From assembly GCF_025526975.1 (NCBI RefSeq), contig NW_026515674.1, forward strand, positions 186,001-250,000: a DNA stretch of 64,000 nucleotides, written 5' to 3'. The DNA is from Fimicolochytrium jonesii. Its lineage: Eukaryota. The notes under the pieces are model-generated. The model worked only from the letters and a program-made list of their open reading frames with translations, did not search any database and was not told where the DNA came from. Position 1 is the stretch's first letter; each line of letters opens with the position of its first letter. Below, in pieces: positions 12,692 to 25,419 of this stretch. Made by a program: the position numbers and the translations under genes.

Positions 12692-13124
12692 GATGTGGGA
12701 TGAGTAGGCGGTTCCTTTTTTTTTTTTTGGAGTGGTGTTTTTTGTGTATATATGTAGTTCATTTTTCGGGAAAAAATGAAAACATATCAAGACATCCAAC
12801 ATATTGAAACGAAGGCCTGTCGACCTTTCCAGTCTTTTGGGGGGTATACGGTATGTTTTCCTTTTTCGTTCGTATGTACAAATCAAGGCAAAATGGGGGA
12901 AGATGAGAGAGGTCGGGTCATGTCCTTCCCTACATGGAGCGGGCGGGCAAGTCCCGCGTAGGATTTTGCTATCAGGGGACTACAGGTATAAGAATGTTCG
13001 ACAGCCCCCCTCCCATGGTGGATGCGACGGGATATGTGACGGGGCATGCGGGATGAATGTTTGTCACTCCGCACGCGTACAAGGCCTTTCCCAATTGCCC
13101 CTCGCCATCCTGTATCGACGCCGG

Positions 13125-14687
13125 TCACATCAACGCAAACAACTCCACCATCAGATCCCGCCTCTCGGTCGTCCTCACCCACTCCCTGAAGCTCTCCCTG
13201 TGCTTCAGCTTCGCAATGTTCTCCCTCACATAGCCCAAACACGCGGCCTTCAGGTCCTCGCTCGCGCTCGAATACACATCCGCCAGCTCCAGGATGTCCA
13301 GCGCGACGTCCAGCGTCAGGTCCTTCTCGAGGATCATCGCCGCGACGTATTTATGGAGGGCGGACAACTGGTATCGGTCCGCCAGGCGGATGAGTTCCGA
13401 GCGGGATGGGAGGGTCTGCGGTTGTGTTTCGGGGGAGAGGCGGCCGGTGTAGAGGAACTCGAGCATGCCGCGGACGGCGGCGGGGGAGAAGTCGCGGATC
13501 TCGACGATGGAGGGTTGGTGCGGGGAGTCGAGGGAGAAGGATTCGCGGAGGCCCGAGGAGAACATGGTGGAGAAGTAGTCGGAGCGGGAGGCGAGGATGG
13601 CGCGGTGGGCGGGGATGGTTGTTGGGATGTGGTGCGAGTGGTGGGGGGAGGCGTGTGGGGACATGGTTGTTGAGCGCGCCGCGGGGGTGGTGGAGGCGGG
13701 GGCGCTGGGGCCGCTGGGGGCGCTGGGTAAGTGGGGCGTGACTGTGGTGGGCGTTGGGGTTGTTCCTGCCATTTGGAGGGATGCGGTGCTGGAGGATGTG
13801 GAAGACGGGCGAGGTGTGGGGTTGGTTGGGTCGCCGGTTGATGAGGGCTGGTTCGCTGTCGCTGGCCTGGCGGCATCGCCGGCGTTGAAGTCGATCGGGT
13901 CGTGGTCCATCTCCATGTCGTTGTAGTGTCTCTCTTCCTCTGCTGCTTCCCGCGCATGCGCCTCCGACTCGTACATGGTACTGTTCGCATTGGTCGTAGT
14001 GGTGGAAGATCCGTCGCCGAACTGCGTCTCTTCAAGCTGGGCCACCCCATCTTCATCCAAGCTTTCCTCGTCGCTTTCGGTTGCAACAGAGTGCCCGTGT
14101 CCCAACAACCCAGCTTTCCCATGCATCCCCCCGTGTTCCGAATCCAGAACAACGAATTTCACGTCCGCCAACCTCCAACTGAACAGCAGATTGCCCGAGC
14201 TAGGCAGATCCTTCGTTCTACTCTCAAGCAACCCGACCAACTCTGCCTTTTGCTGCCACACCACCTCGGCCTGCACCACGACGGTCCCATCAGACGTAGC
14301 CGCTTCCGCGATCCTACTCAACGGCAGAAGCGCAGCCCAACCCCAACTCCTCGGATGGCTGAAACCCTTCCCGAACCCCTCAAGACCATCGGGCTCGCGT
14401 TCCTTCATGACGACAGGCGTCCGCGAGTCCTTCCTCATGACGGACAGTCGGAACGATTTGATGGCGCGCGACCAGTGGGCGTCGCCGAGCTGTTTTTCTT
14501 GATCGGTTTTGACGACATCGAGGAAGAGACCCATGTGCGTGTCCCGTGTTGCGCCATGGCCTTCGGGGTACAGGGAGAGCTCCCAGGTGCAGACGGCGGG
14601 GCCGAAGACGGGGGAGGTGAGTTTGTTGGTTTGGCGGCGGAAGTTGGGGATGGACCACGTGAGCGTTGCTTGGACTTCTTGAAGCAT
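13125..14687 (-). CDS. MATH + BTB/POZ protein (SPOP-like Cul3 adaptor)
   Basis: MATH: LTWSIPNF..LTSPVF..WELSLYPEG..SWGW. BTB: IPAHRAILASRSDYFSTMF..MLEFLYTG..LADRYQL. Likely start is the ATG at 14687. Confidence 0.9.
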   Translation of the reverse strand: MLQEVQATLTWSIPNFRRQTNKLTSPVFGPAVCTWELSLYPEGHGATRDTHMGLFLDVVKTDQEKQLGDAHWSRAIKSFRLSVMRKDSRTPVVMKEREPDGLEGFGKGFSHPRSWGWAALLPLSRIAEAATSDGTVVVQAEVVWQQKAELVGLLESRTKDLPSSGNLLFSWRLADVKFVVLDSEHGGMHGKAGLLGHGHSVATESDEESLDEDGVAQLEETQFGDGSSTTTTNANSTMYESEAHAREAAEEERHYNDMEMDHDPIDFNAGDAARPATANQPSSTGDPTNPTPRPSSTSSSTASLQMAGTTPTPTTVTPHLPSAPSGPSAPASTTPAARSTTMSPHASPHHSHHIPTTIPAHRAILASRSDYFSTMFSSGLRESFSLDSPHQPSIVEIRDFSPAAVRGMLEFLYTGRLSPETQPQTLPSRSELIRLADRYQLSALHKYVAAMILEKDLTLDVALDILELADVYSSASEDLKAACLGYVRENIAKLKHRESFREWVRTTERRDLMVELFALM

Positions 14688-14904
14688 GATTCGAGTGGGT
14701 GATGTGACGATGAAAGTGGGTTGAACGTTTGGAAGAAAGTGGCCAGCGGCCGTATTTATCCTCGTATGGGGATGAAGAGGCGATCGCCTTTGTGCTAAAT
14801 GGAGCAGTGTTCCTCTCACTCCACGGGGTCAGACTGCGGCTTGCAGGACTGGTTTCGTTCACCGAGTACTGTACTCGTCTCGGCTAGACAGTGAGTGAGG
14901 GAGT

Positions 14905-14921
14905 GGGGGGGGGGGGGGGGG
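14905..14921 (+). repeat. G17 homopolymer in the divergent MATH-BTB/MYST intergenic region
   Basis: Direct read of the run. Confidence 0.85.
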
Positions 14922-15408
14922 CAGGCTCCAGAGTACGGTTTATCTAGTAGGGAGCGGGCCAGTGGAGAACCTTCTATAGAGTTGGCAGGTGTACAGACTA
15001 CGTCGTGGGGAGCGGTGCAGGGGTTATAGTTTCTGGAGTGCTGTGCAGAGTGCTGTGGAGCGAACGAGCGAACGAGCCACGCGGTGGGCGAAGGGTTCGA
15101 GAATCGACAGGCGGGAGAGGAGGGGAGCACTCCTACTGTCACTCTGGAGTGCACTCGGGAGAACGCACCACCCGCCACAGCGGCATAGGTGCTCCTAGTA
15201 TGCTGCCCCCACCGCCTTCCTCTACAGCACTCGGTCCTCTTGCCTTCTCGGAGCAGCTGCGGCCATGGTCGCCGCCATCACAACGGGTCTCAAGTCTTTC
15301 ATATCAGCCCTCCTGCAGCCAGAACACAACCACAACAACGAACGGACGCACTCTCTAGACAACACAATACCCCAAAACACACTACAACAAGAGCAAGCAG
15401 AAGAAGCC

Positions 15409-17402
15409 ATGCCTCCAGAAGGCTCCCAAGAACCGCCAGGAAGCGACAACGCTGAGGGACCTCGGGAACCGGTGGTGCACGCTAATGGGTCATTTCACAT
15501 GGTCACTTGGAGAGGTGCTCAACGTATGTTTTCTGGTCGCTTCAAATGCCAATGGTCAAGCGCCAGTAGTCTGACTCTCTGCCTTGTTCTTACCTCCCCC
15601 GTTCTCCACTTTCTGCCCACGCCACGAAAACACGTCTGGCCATCTTAGACAGAGCGGAGATCTTAGACCGACGGAAAGCCGCGACTCACGGCGACGACTA
15701 CGAGTACTATGTCCACTTTAGCAACTGTGAGTTTAGCATTCATCCAGGGCTGGATGTTGCATTGATCTGAGAGGGAAACATAAGATTGACGGGGATCAGC
15801 CGCATCCTAGATGATCGACGACTGGATCAATGGGTTCTGGGCAGTGCGATCGAACCGGAGGAGTTAGAGGGAGCGATACCTGACACAAAGCCTGGGAAGA
15901 AGGAGGATGCGGCGGCGGATAAGGCACCAATGGATGTAGAGGCACCGCCCAAACCAGAGGGGGAAGACACGGTAGCATCAAGACGACCGAAGCGGAAAGC
16001 CGCATCAATGGGGCAGGTACGGCATACATATAGATGAGGGAACCCTATAGTCAATATATCTCACCCCCCAATCCCCACCAGACAGACCCCACCACCGCCC
16101 CCTCCCTCCACACCGACCCCCACGCCCACGCCGACGACGACACCCCCGACACCCCCAAAATCCGCAACATCGACCTGGTCGTGTTCGGCCGGCACCTGAT
16201 CAAACCATGGTACTACTCACCGTACCCGGACACGCCGCCACTACCGCCACCTGCCGCGACGAATGTGAATTTACATCACCCGCCAAGCAATGCGAGGACG
16301 TTGTTTGTATGCGAGTATTGTTTGAAGTATATGCGGACGGGGAGGATGATTGCTTGGCACAGGGTATGTTCTCAATCACGCGTGTGTTTTTTTACGAGGT
16401 TGGGGGGAATCGATTCGACCTGACCAACGTAGCGACTGACTTTTGTCGTCCCGCCCCTCTTAGTCACATTGCAAACGAAGAAAACCACCCGGTCGCGTGC
16501 TGTACGCCAAAGGCAAGCTGAAGATCTACGAGGTGGACGGCAAGGAAGACAAGGTACATAACCCCCGCCCTCTGCCTTACCCACCTTCCACTTCCACAAA
16601 CCACCTCATTCTTCCTCCAAAAAAGCTCTACTGCCAAAACCTCTCCCTCCTCGCCAAACTCTTCCTCGACCAAAAAACCGTCTTCTACGACATCGAACCC
16701 TTCCTCTTCTACATCCTCACCGAATCCTCGTCGCCATCCGCCTCACGCTCGTCAGCGGACGCATCAGAAGGCGACGCGGTCGTCGGCTACTTTTCGAAGG
16801 AGAAGGTGTCCTTTGACGGTTACAATCTGGCGTGCATACTGGTCCTCCCGCCGTTTCAGAGACGCGGGTTTGGGAGGATGTTGATTGAGTTTAGTACGTC
16901 TTACGTTTGAACTACCCCCCTCACGTCCTTCGTAACCCACACCCCCGCCAGTCCCCCCATTGAATTCTCACCCCCGCGCCTTGTGATATCAGGCTACGAA
17001 CTCTCCAAACACCAGCACCGCATCGGCTCCCCCGAAAAGCCGCTCTCGGACCTCGGCCTCGTCGGGTACCGATCCTACTGGGCGACCGTCCTCGTCGACC
17101 TGTTCCGCAACAACGTCGGCGTGTCCGTCAGCGTGCGGGACGTGAGCGTCATGACGAGCATCTGCGAGGAGGACGTGGTCGATGCGTTGGGGAGTATGGG
17201 CTTGTTGAGGTGGTTCACGGACGGCGGGGTTTGGTGAGTCCTCGGTATTGGCGACTAGGCGGTTGTTGAGCGGGGGGCTGATGAAATTATTTTTTGTGTT
17301 AGTATACCGGAATCGGCGATCAAGGCCTACGTGCATGCGCATAGACTGAAGGCGAATATGCGCACGTTGGATCCGAGGTGTATCGATCTGACGCCGGCGT
17401 GA
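15409..17402 (+). CDS. MYST-family histone acetyltransferase (Sas2/MOF-like) with an N-terminal chromobarrel (Tudor-knot) domain, about 8 exons
   Basis: After splicing: [36 protein letters not shown]2HC finger [64 protein letters not shown]. Stop TGA at 17400-17402. Confidence 0.93.
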
Positions 17403-17722
17403 AGTGGGAGTCGCGTACCCCCCCGAACCGAAAACGAAAGAACGGCTGCTGCTGATACCATCCCCCCCGTCCCCCGTCCCCCCGCCGCACGCGTTCTTCT
17501 GTATATACGGTATTGGTGGATAGAAAGAAATCAATAAGTCGTTTTGGCCGACGTGAATGTACTGTGTGATGGAGTTTGCGTCGTGTCTATTGTGTATATG
17601 TATATGCTCCAGCGCCTCTCGGCATGGTCCAGCCACGCCCACCGTCCCTGTTCCCGATCCAAAAACCGCCGCCCCAAAAAAAAAAACCCAGCCGTGCAGC
17701 ATCCACACGGAATCGCCCCAAC

Positions 17723-18800
17723 TCAAATCAACTCCACCCCACAACTCCACAACGCCAACGCCAGGGGCGCCACACCCGTCACCGCCTCAAACCCAATCAC
17801 CCCAAAATCCGCCTCCTCGCCCACCGCCGGCACGCGTGTCCCGTCCGCCCGTGGCGGGGTGAGGTACAGCCTGTACGCAACGAACAGCCAATACGTGGTT
17901 GCGACGAGGAGGGCTACGCCGGCGCAGAGCGTGGCCCGGCCTTTCGGTGTCGCCAGCCCCTTCCGGAGTGTCAGCCGCGTGGGTGGGGATAGCAGGGGGA
18001 TCGCACCGGGCAGCGCGTTCCGTAACGTGGGGGAATACACCACCACGAGGGTGCCGAGTAGACTCGACAAGGCCGCGACGAACGCGATCGACACGGAGGT
18101 GTAGATGACGTCGTTGGCGCCCGGGCCCCAGTAGCCCGTCGAGATGATCCAGCGGTAGAGCGGGGTCTCGCCGGCGTCCTCGTAGAGGGTGTCGAGGCGG
18201 AAGTGGAGGAGGGAGCCCGCGACGGTTAGGGCGAGGGATTGCGGGAGGGTGAGCGGTGCGCGGGGGTGCGGAGGTGGTAGGGAGGTGGGGGATTCGATGT
18301 CTGTGGCGAGGGAGTGTGATGCTTCGTCGGTTTGATCGTCCTCCTCACCAGCCACCGCCTCATGCCGCTCATCCCCGACCCCATCACACCGTACAACGCG
18401 TAGGTTCCGCAACCCGCGCCACTCTCCTACATCCGCACCACCATCCCCCCGCACCCATCGAATCTCCCTCGCGTCCAGCCACACCCCCACATGCGCCGAC
18501 AACCATCCCATCGTGAGCGGGTACCCGATCGGATGGTGCACGATCTGCATGATGAATGTGCCGAGGGAGGGGAGGAGGGGGGATAGGAGGAATTCCACCA
18601 GGGAGCCGATCTAAAAGAGATATGTCAGTGGGGGGTCGTTGGGAGAGGGGAGGGGAGGGAGTGAAACGTACGTCGGGCCCGTTTGTGGAGTGGAGGACGA
18701 GGAGGAAGATGCGGAGCGGGGAGAATGCGGCGCGGGTTGCGATGTGGAGGGAGAGGCCGAGGGCGAAGGAGGTTAGGGCGTGGGCTACTGTTGAGGGCAT
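17723..18800 (-). CDS. Multi-pass membrane protein of unknown function (exons 18800-18672, 18610-17723)
   Basis: A 61-nt GT-AG intron joins two ORFs in frame; about 6 hydrophobic segments. Confidence 0.7.
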
Positions 18801-19136
18801 TGTTGTTGTTGAGGTAGGAACGGCTTCCCAGGACACCTGAAAGTGGTTGACTTTCGAAGGGAGGAAAGGGAGTGCGTAACTCGTGGTAACTCGGGTTAGG
18901 GTTAGACTCAAATGGTTCACTTTGGCTGTGTAAAAGTCTTATTCTGCTGATGTCTCAAACGGATATAGAAAATGTTAAAATATTATTTTAACGATCGATT
19001 TGTGCAATATCGGTGTAGCCGAGGGACGGAATCTTATTCAATCGCAACCTGGAGCTGACTAAAGAGGTGTATGCAAGACCGCCACGAACGTACGGAGTAG
19101 AGTCTGCATACGCTCCGTGCCCAACACCATCGATCC

Positions 19137-19518
19137 TCATTTGCCGCCGGTAGGCTTCGAAGGATGCACAGGATATAGTTTGGTCATCTCCTGTGCGGAC
19201 GGCCAGGGTCCAAATGATGGGGCTGGAGCTTCATAGATAGAGATGCCAGCTGATAACATCAATGCAGGATCGTAGACCATAGGTTGCCTCTGTACAACAG
19301 GCAAGTCTGACTCCTTGCTATGCTGAAAAGGATTTGATTTACCGGGTCCAAAGTACCTTGCCGGGTCGGAGTTGAGTTCGATGAGTTCGTCGTCCTTGAT
19401 CTTCCAGCGTCCAAACGCCTCTGTCTCGAGTTGAGGTGTAGCATATGTCTTTTGCAATTCTACCTTCCATGCCTCCCATCTCTTAGTAGCATCTGTCTGA
19501 CGTTCACCATCTGCCATG
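19137..19518 (-). CDS. Small hypothetical protein (MADGERQTDATKRWEAWK...)
   Basis: Open frame with plausible composition only; no recognised domain. Confidence 0.3.
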
Positions 19519-20467
19519 GTGTTGGTCGTCAAGTGAACACGGATGTTGCTGAACGATATAGAGCTAGATTGAATATGTACCGATGCAATCCGCAGGTAGA
19601 CGCAGGAACCCAGCAATCCTTCGATTCTTTGGCGCTCCGTCTCCGTGACGTAGCGACAGATAGGGATCGGCTTATCACCGGCCTTCAGTTCGAAGCGCAG
19701 CGGTGGCGAATTCACTCAATTGCTCCTTTGTGTATACCGATTGCTGCAACAGCTGTCGGAGGGAGCTGCGGGATCAAGTGTTTGCACCCCCTGCTTCGCT
19801 TTGGGTATGTAGGCGAAGCCTTTCTTTCCCCAAGAGCCCTCTGCTCCTGCAATCGGACGTTCTGCGCTGTTTTTGACTTAAGACGTGGTGACAACGGTCT
19901 GAAAGGAATCGTTTGTGAAATCGGTGGGTTCCTTGCGTACGGAAAGATGTAACCCGTTATGTGCGTCGTTTTGATATGCACTCGTCAGGTTCATCCGGCG
20001 ATGCCTTTCTTAAAAAAAAGGCCTAAGGACCTAGGAACCGTACAGTTTATATCTCTGAGTATGATGGAAAGGATGTTTCTTGCTAGGTGGGGAAAGCGGT
20101 CACATCCCTGATGAGCTACCCACATTTGGCCCATTCCTAGAGGCACGCCCGCGAGGGAGTGACTCACGCGTAGGGGAAGTTCGACAGCAATCCCCCTCTC
20201 TCCGTCTGTCGCTGTCAATAATCCGCCAGGAAGGGGTGTCGCTCAGCTTCCCCCCATTGAAGAAGGCCAGTAGTCCCTTGTGCGAGACAAGATAGGCCCC
20301 CGCCCGCTTCTGGTTTCGGCCGTTGGCTTCCCCAGATATTCCCACGCTCCTTATAGTAACCACAACCACTTCCTTCCGGCATTGCCCCCTTCCACTCCTC
20401 ACCTCCACCAAGGTCACCGTCCCCATTCCCGGCACTCACTCACACAAAGCATCTCTACAGTTGCCAA

Positions 20468-23400
20468 ATGTCAGGTACGTCCGCTTCTTTCCCACACCCT
20501 CAAACAAGACCTCGGACTTCTCATAGCGTGGGAAAAAAAAGAGTCCGAAAGCTTCCTCTGCCCCTTCAAGGCACCTTGGAACCTCATCTCGAGCCAAGCT
20601 GTCGAAAAGTTATTGACAGCTTCCTAACCCGCCTTTCATGGGTTTCCGCACAGCAGCTTATGAACTCAAGGCTCGGGAAGCAAGTGCAAAGTTTCGAGCA
20701 TTCACTGAAAACGTAAAATTGGGGGTTTCCGGTTGTTTTAGAACTGGATTCAGCTGCACCAGACCAAACAGATACTGACAGTCCTTGGTTTTCTTCCCTA
20801 TAGGCAGCGGCATCCTACGAAGCCCACCCTGCCGTAGCCCAGGATCATATTGGAGACGGAAACCTGCATAGGACTGGCGAGAATTAGTAAGTTTGAGAAA
20901 CAAGGGCCGTGGGAACCTGTTCCCGAGCGACAGCGAGCCATGGTTACTGTCTGCGGCGAGCGTGCGAGGTGCAGGGTTGGTTCGGTCTGGGAGGCCGAAC
21001 TCCTTCGCGAGCGGAGCGAGCCACATTGCGTCAAAGGCGCAAGACCCCTCTCACCGCACTTCTTAGCGAGCCTAGCGAATACCAAAGGCGCAATGCTGCC
21101 CTTGCTCAAGTGTTTGCTGATAGGTGGGCGATGGTTGAAGGATGAAGGTCGGATGCGTTGGTGGTTGTTGATGGATGGATTGATGGTTTTCGATCGGGTG
21201 AGGGATTGGTGGACATAGATGGGAACCTCACACATATCTTTTTCTCGCACATTACCCTTCCCAGTCGTCCATTGCATTACACCGACTACAACGTCAGGAC
21301 AACAGCAAAGTTCGACTTTGGTGGCAATCAACGACCGACTCTACGTGGGGGCACAGCCATGCCAGCACCTTACATGGACAAGCGCGCTCTCAACGCCAGG
21401 AAGGCAACCTTCGTCTTTCAGCCTCCAGGACCAGCGCAGGTTTTCGTCCAAGGAAAGCCTACGGACGCGCCTCCTGCCGCCATCGTCGGAGTTACGGACA
21501 CCGCAACCCGCAGCGCCGTCTCCCGGCCTGCAAGCAATGTGACACCGACTAAGGCTGGAGTCGCCCCGACCAGGGCACCTCTCGCAGGCGTGCAGAGTAC
21601 TGGTTCGGCCGGAATAGCATCTGCCATCGCCAACCATGGGGAGGCCCACACGTTCATCCGGGGTCAAGAAGTGACTGCTGGCATAGCGGTGGCGCCTGCA
21701 GCGCTGACTGCCAACAAGACTGCTACAAGCCAAGGTAGCACGCGAACAGGCGAGATTTCTATTGTGGGTGCGCATCAACGAATGATAGACGCACAGAGGC
21801 AAGGAAGCGTTCAAGCCAATTCACTCCCCAAGCCCCACCCAAGCGTAGTCAACAAGCCCTCGAATCTGCCACCAGCGAGTCAAGATCAAGCCGCTGCTCC
21901 TCCGAAGCCGGCCGTGACAACGCCGCACAAGCCCATCGCAGGAGCTGTATCGAAGCCAACCCCACCAAAGCCTGCAGCCACTGCTCCCGCAAAGCCAGGC
22001 CTCTTCGTGATTGCGGACGCGAGGCCAACCCGGGTCAAGGCAAATGAACCACCTGCAGCAAACCACCAGGAGGCAAAGAAGCAGGAAAGCGCCACCATGG
22101 CTAAGGCGGAACAACCAAAGGAAGCGCAACTTGTCAGTCAAGTACCTCGTACCACAGGCCCACCATCTCAACCTGAAAAGACGACTGGTGTTGCAAACGG
22201 CGCCCTTCCTATTTCGTCGGCAGCCGCCAAAGCACCTCCTGAGCCCGTCAAATCTGCTCCCGTTGAGCAATCCAAGTTCGTACCGGCAACCAAGTCCACT
22301 ACGTTCAAGCCGCAGCCCACCCCCAACAATGTCGCCCCACAGCAAAATGAACAGCCGATCCCGTCGACTCATGCCCCACGAACGGCAAATGACGCGGCTG
22401 ACCATTTGGCAGACAAGCTCGCTGCAACGTCTTTGGAGAGTCCAGCTCCGGCTACCAACGCGACGGAAAATTGGGATGTGTCCCCAACAAACGCTGCCCC
22501 TGAAAGCCAACCGACCGACTCTGGTGAGAGCGGGGTTTCGTTCGAGCTCAACGGGACGGGATCATCCTCCATCGCACAGCCGTCCATTGAGGAGCTTGCC
22601 CAGACGTCAAAGACCAAGGACAAGCCAAAGCAGGAAGTACCACCCTCCATTCCCACACAGCCCATCGTCGAGGTTGCCTCGGCATCAGAAGCACCCGAAA
22701 AGCCCAATCATGAAGCCGAACGCGTGCCAGTCCCTTCGAATGTCAAGCCCGATCAAGCTTCTGCCGAACCCGCTGGCCCGGCCATGGCTGCCGCTGTCGA
22801 ACCCCAAGGCGATACGTCGACCACCAGTCTTTGGGGCAATACAAACCAGTCTTCGATTCTCCTTCATACGTATCATTGGACAACAACCTATGGGCTCAGT
22901 ACCAAGCAGCGATGCCGGTTCATCAATTTTCTCAAGCAGCCAGCGCTGCGACGTCACTGTGGGACCCGAACGCCCAGCAGCAACAATGGGCCAACCCTTA
23001 TGCCGCCTTCTCCGCTCTCAACTACATGCAGCAGCCGGCTCCGCCAGGAACACAGCAAGCCTTTATGGGCATGAGTGGTCCTCCAGGGGCTCAACAATAC
23101 GCCGGCCTCTGGGGGGCCCCACAGAACATGTACCAGCAGACCAGCGCTTTCCCATTGTGGATGGACCCTTCGGCCGCGCAATACCAGCAAGCAGCCATGG
23201 CCAACCCCGCGGCAAACGTAGCACCGCCCGCGCCCGTCCAACCGGCCAGTGTGGTTGCTGCTGCTCCACCCGCGGCTACGCCGGCTTACCCCCCTCAGGA
23301 GAAGATCCTCGACGCCGACTTGAGGTCCATTGAGCGCGACGTGGAGGGCCATTTCGAGGTCCCGCTGTGCGTCAAGACGAACGCGGGGCTCATTTCGTTT

Positions 23401-23646
23401 ACTGTCCATTCTGATGATCCGTCTGCTTGGACTACCATCAAGCATCTTTGTGCTGGTGAGTTTTGGGGGTTCTCTATCGCATGAAAGTGAAGAATCCCTT
23501 TCCATTTAAAGACATATCACTCAACATCTTCCGATCTCTCTCTCTTCCCTCCATCAGAGAAAAACATCACACAATTCGCCGGCATCCTCCACGCAAAATA
23601 CAAAGAGCGCAAAGCGGCAGTATTCGCATCCCAAAAAGCGGCGTAA
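20468..23646 (+). pseudogene. Large Pro/Ala/Gln-rich gene with apparent frameshifts (one near 22800-22830, others in the 5' exons)
   Basis: Coding-like ORF 21264-22810 switches frame into the ORF at 22831. The intron at about 23456-23557 leads to the final exon EKNITQFAGILHAKYKERKAAVFASQKAA*. Upstream splice signals at about 20475, 20712 and 21123 do not all join in frame. Confidence 0.5.
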
Positions 23647-24267
23647 ACAAAAGAAAAAGAGACAGAAAGAACCTCCTCGACCAAGAAGAAACGGCAGATC
23701 TTTCCCCTCGCACCCCGTTCAAAGGCGTACTATTCCCATTCAATCTCATACCCCTGTTTATGTAACGTTTTTCTTTTCGTTCCCTCGGCCTGCTCCGCCC
23801 CCACTTTGAAGCGATGCGTACATACATTCTCTTATTTGTGGGTGGATGCGGTGCGTGAGTGGTTGCGGCTTTTTCTTTTCTTTTATTTATATAAGCAAAG
23901 ATCCCCTTTTTATGTCCAAACATTCTGACGTGAAAACGCGGGATTCTCGAGTTGATGGCGATGTAGGTATGAGAACGACAAATGTTTCCAATTCTCTGAG
24001 ATACACGTTCGCGCAAAAGCTCAGGAACACCCAGACAAAAAGGGGAACAAAAGGGGGATCGCACCGGGACGGATTCAGACCCCCTGCGCCGTAGACTACA
24101 CCTAGCCTTTCCTTCCTATCTCCCATCCCCCCCTCGCCTTCTCTCCCAGGCACATGCATCAACACATGTTCTGCTTTCTGTGCGGCTTCGATAACCCGAC
24201 TCTCTGTTACGTGTACTACATGAAACGAACAGAGGGGGAATGTGGGGAATGTTGGAGCAGCAGGAAT

Positions 24268-25294
24268 CTATTTGGATCCGAGGGCTTTGGCGAGGTCCTG
24301 TTTTCAAGCCGAATGGCAAGACCGGGGGGGGGGGGGGGGGGGGGGTAACGAAATCAGAGACAGGGTTTTGGTTGTATGCGACTCGAAAGGGTTCGGAGAG
24401 CCAAAAACGGAACGTACAGCCAAAGCCTCCTTCTTCTTCAACCTCGAGTCCTCGACGACGCTCGCGGTGTCGTTGCCGCTGGCTGAGAAGTCGGATTCCC
24501 ATTCGACGAGGGTTGAGTTGTCCTGAACGTCATGTCTTGTTAACAATCGCAGGGACATGTGGTGGGTGGGGGGGGGAGCACTTACGTGTGTGACTTTACG
24601 CAGACGGATGGTGTGGATCGCGGCGGCCGAGAGCACGGCCGGGGTGCTTTCGATCAGCTCGTAGGTGATGAAGAAGGAGAGGTCTGTTTGGTGGGGGCGT
24701 GGTGGGGATCATGGGTTAGAAGTGGGGGTTTGTGATATCTGTTTTGGATCCGTCTTGATGCGCATAGGTTTCGTGCGGGCGCGCCCCATGCCTGCCCCAT
24801 CCATCACATTAGCAACTTACCGGACAACTCAACGATCTGCGGAAAGGAATACACGTCAGTCAGTCGGCTCCAGAGATAGCTACGGACGACGAGACGCGCG
24901 AGTCCCTTACCTGGTACCTCTGCACGGTGCCGTCCTTGAAGCTGACTTTGCGCTGGGACCCGACTGTGAGGCGGAATTTGAGATACCGTCAGTCAAGACA
25001 AGACGAGACGAGCAGCATCCGTATGTACAGTACGCGTCGTGGCGAAGCCATTAACCATCACAATGTTGAAGACGATGTACACCAATCGCCGGGCGATCCG
25101 CTTCCCTACCAGGAACCACCCCCAACCCAGACCAAAGCCTACCCACCTTCACCAGCCGCCCCGCCCTCGACAGCAGCAGCATCCTTCACGGCGCTCGTCC
25201 AGAACTTAAAGTCGGCCGAGCGCACATGGCGCCACACGGTGGCGATGGGAGCGGAGAAGACGCGGGATTCGATGACTCTGGTTGCGGAGCTCAT
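24268..25294 (-). CDS. Bet v1-like / SRPBCC (polyketide cyclase-START superfamily) protein, 149 aa; exons 25294-25147, 24963-24911, 24836-24821, 24683-24586, 24522-24418, 24297-24268
   Basis: Five canonical introns give 450 nt in frame: MSSATRVIESRVFSAPIATVWRHVRSADFKFW...VGSQRKVSFKDGTVQ...ELSDLSFFITYELI...HTIRLRKVT..TLVEWESDFS...DLAKALGSK*. Confidence 0.88.
24324..24345 (+). repeat. G22 homopolymer within the last intron of the Bet v1-like gene
   Basis: Direct read of the run. Confidence 0.85.
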
Positions 25295-25419
25295 TGTTGC
25301 GGGGACGATATTCGGTTCTGGAATGATTTGGTTGACGTCGGTTTGGGTTTGGGATGCGGTCGGATGTGATCACGATGGGTTCTGAAGATGGGCAAGTGGT
25401 TTATTGCGCAAGTTGGAAA

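Noticed and set aside
17723..18800. Insig/Nsg family assignment
   Set aside because: Only faint resemblance (QSLALTVAGSLLHFRLD); it cannot be supported without a profile search.
18893..18905. GGGTTAGGGTTAG telomere-like motif
   Set aside because: Only two units; too short to call interstitial telomere, though it could be a promoter telo-box.
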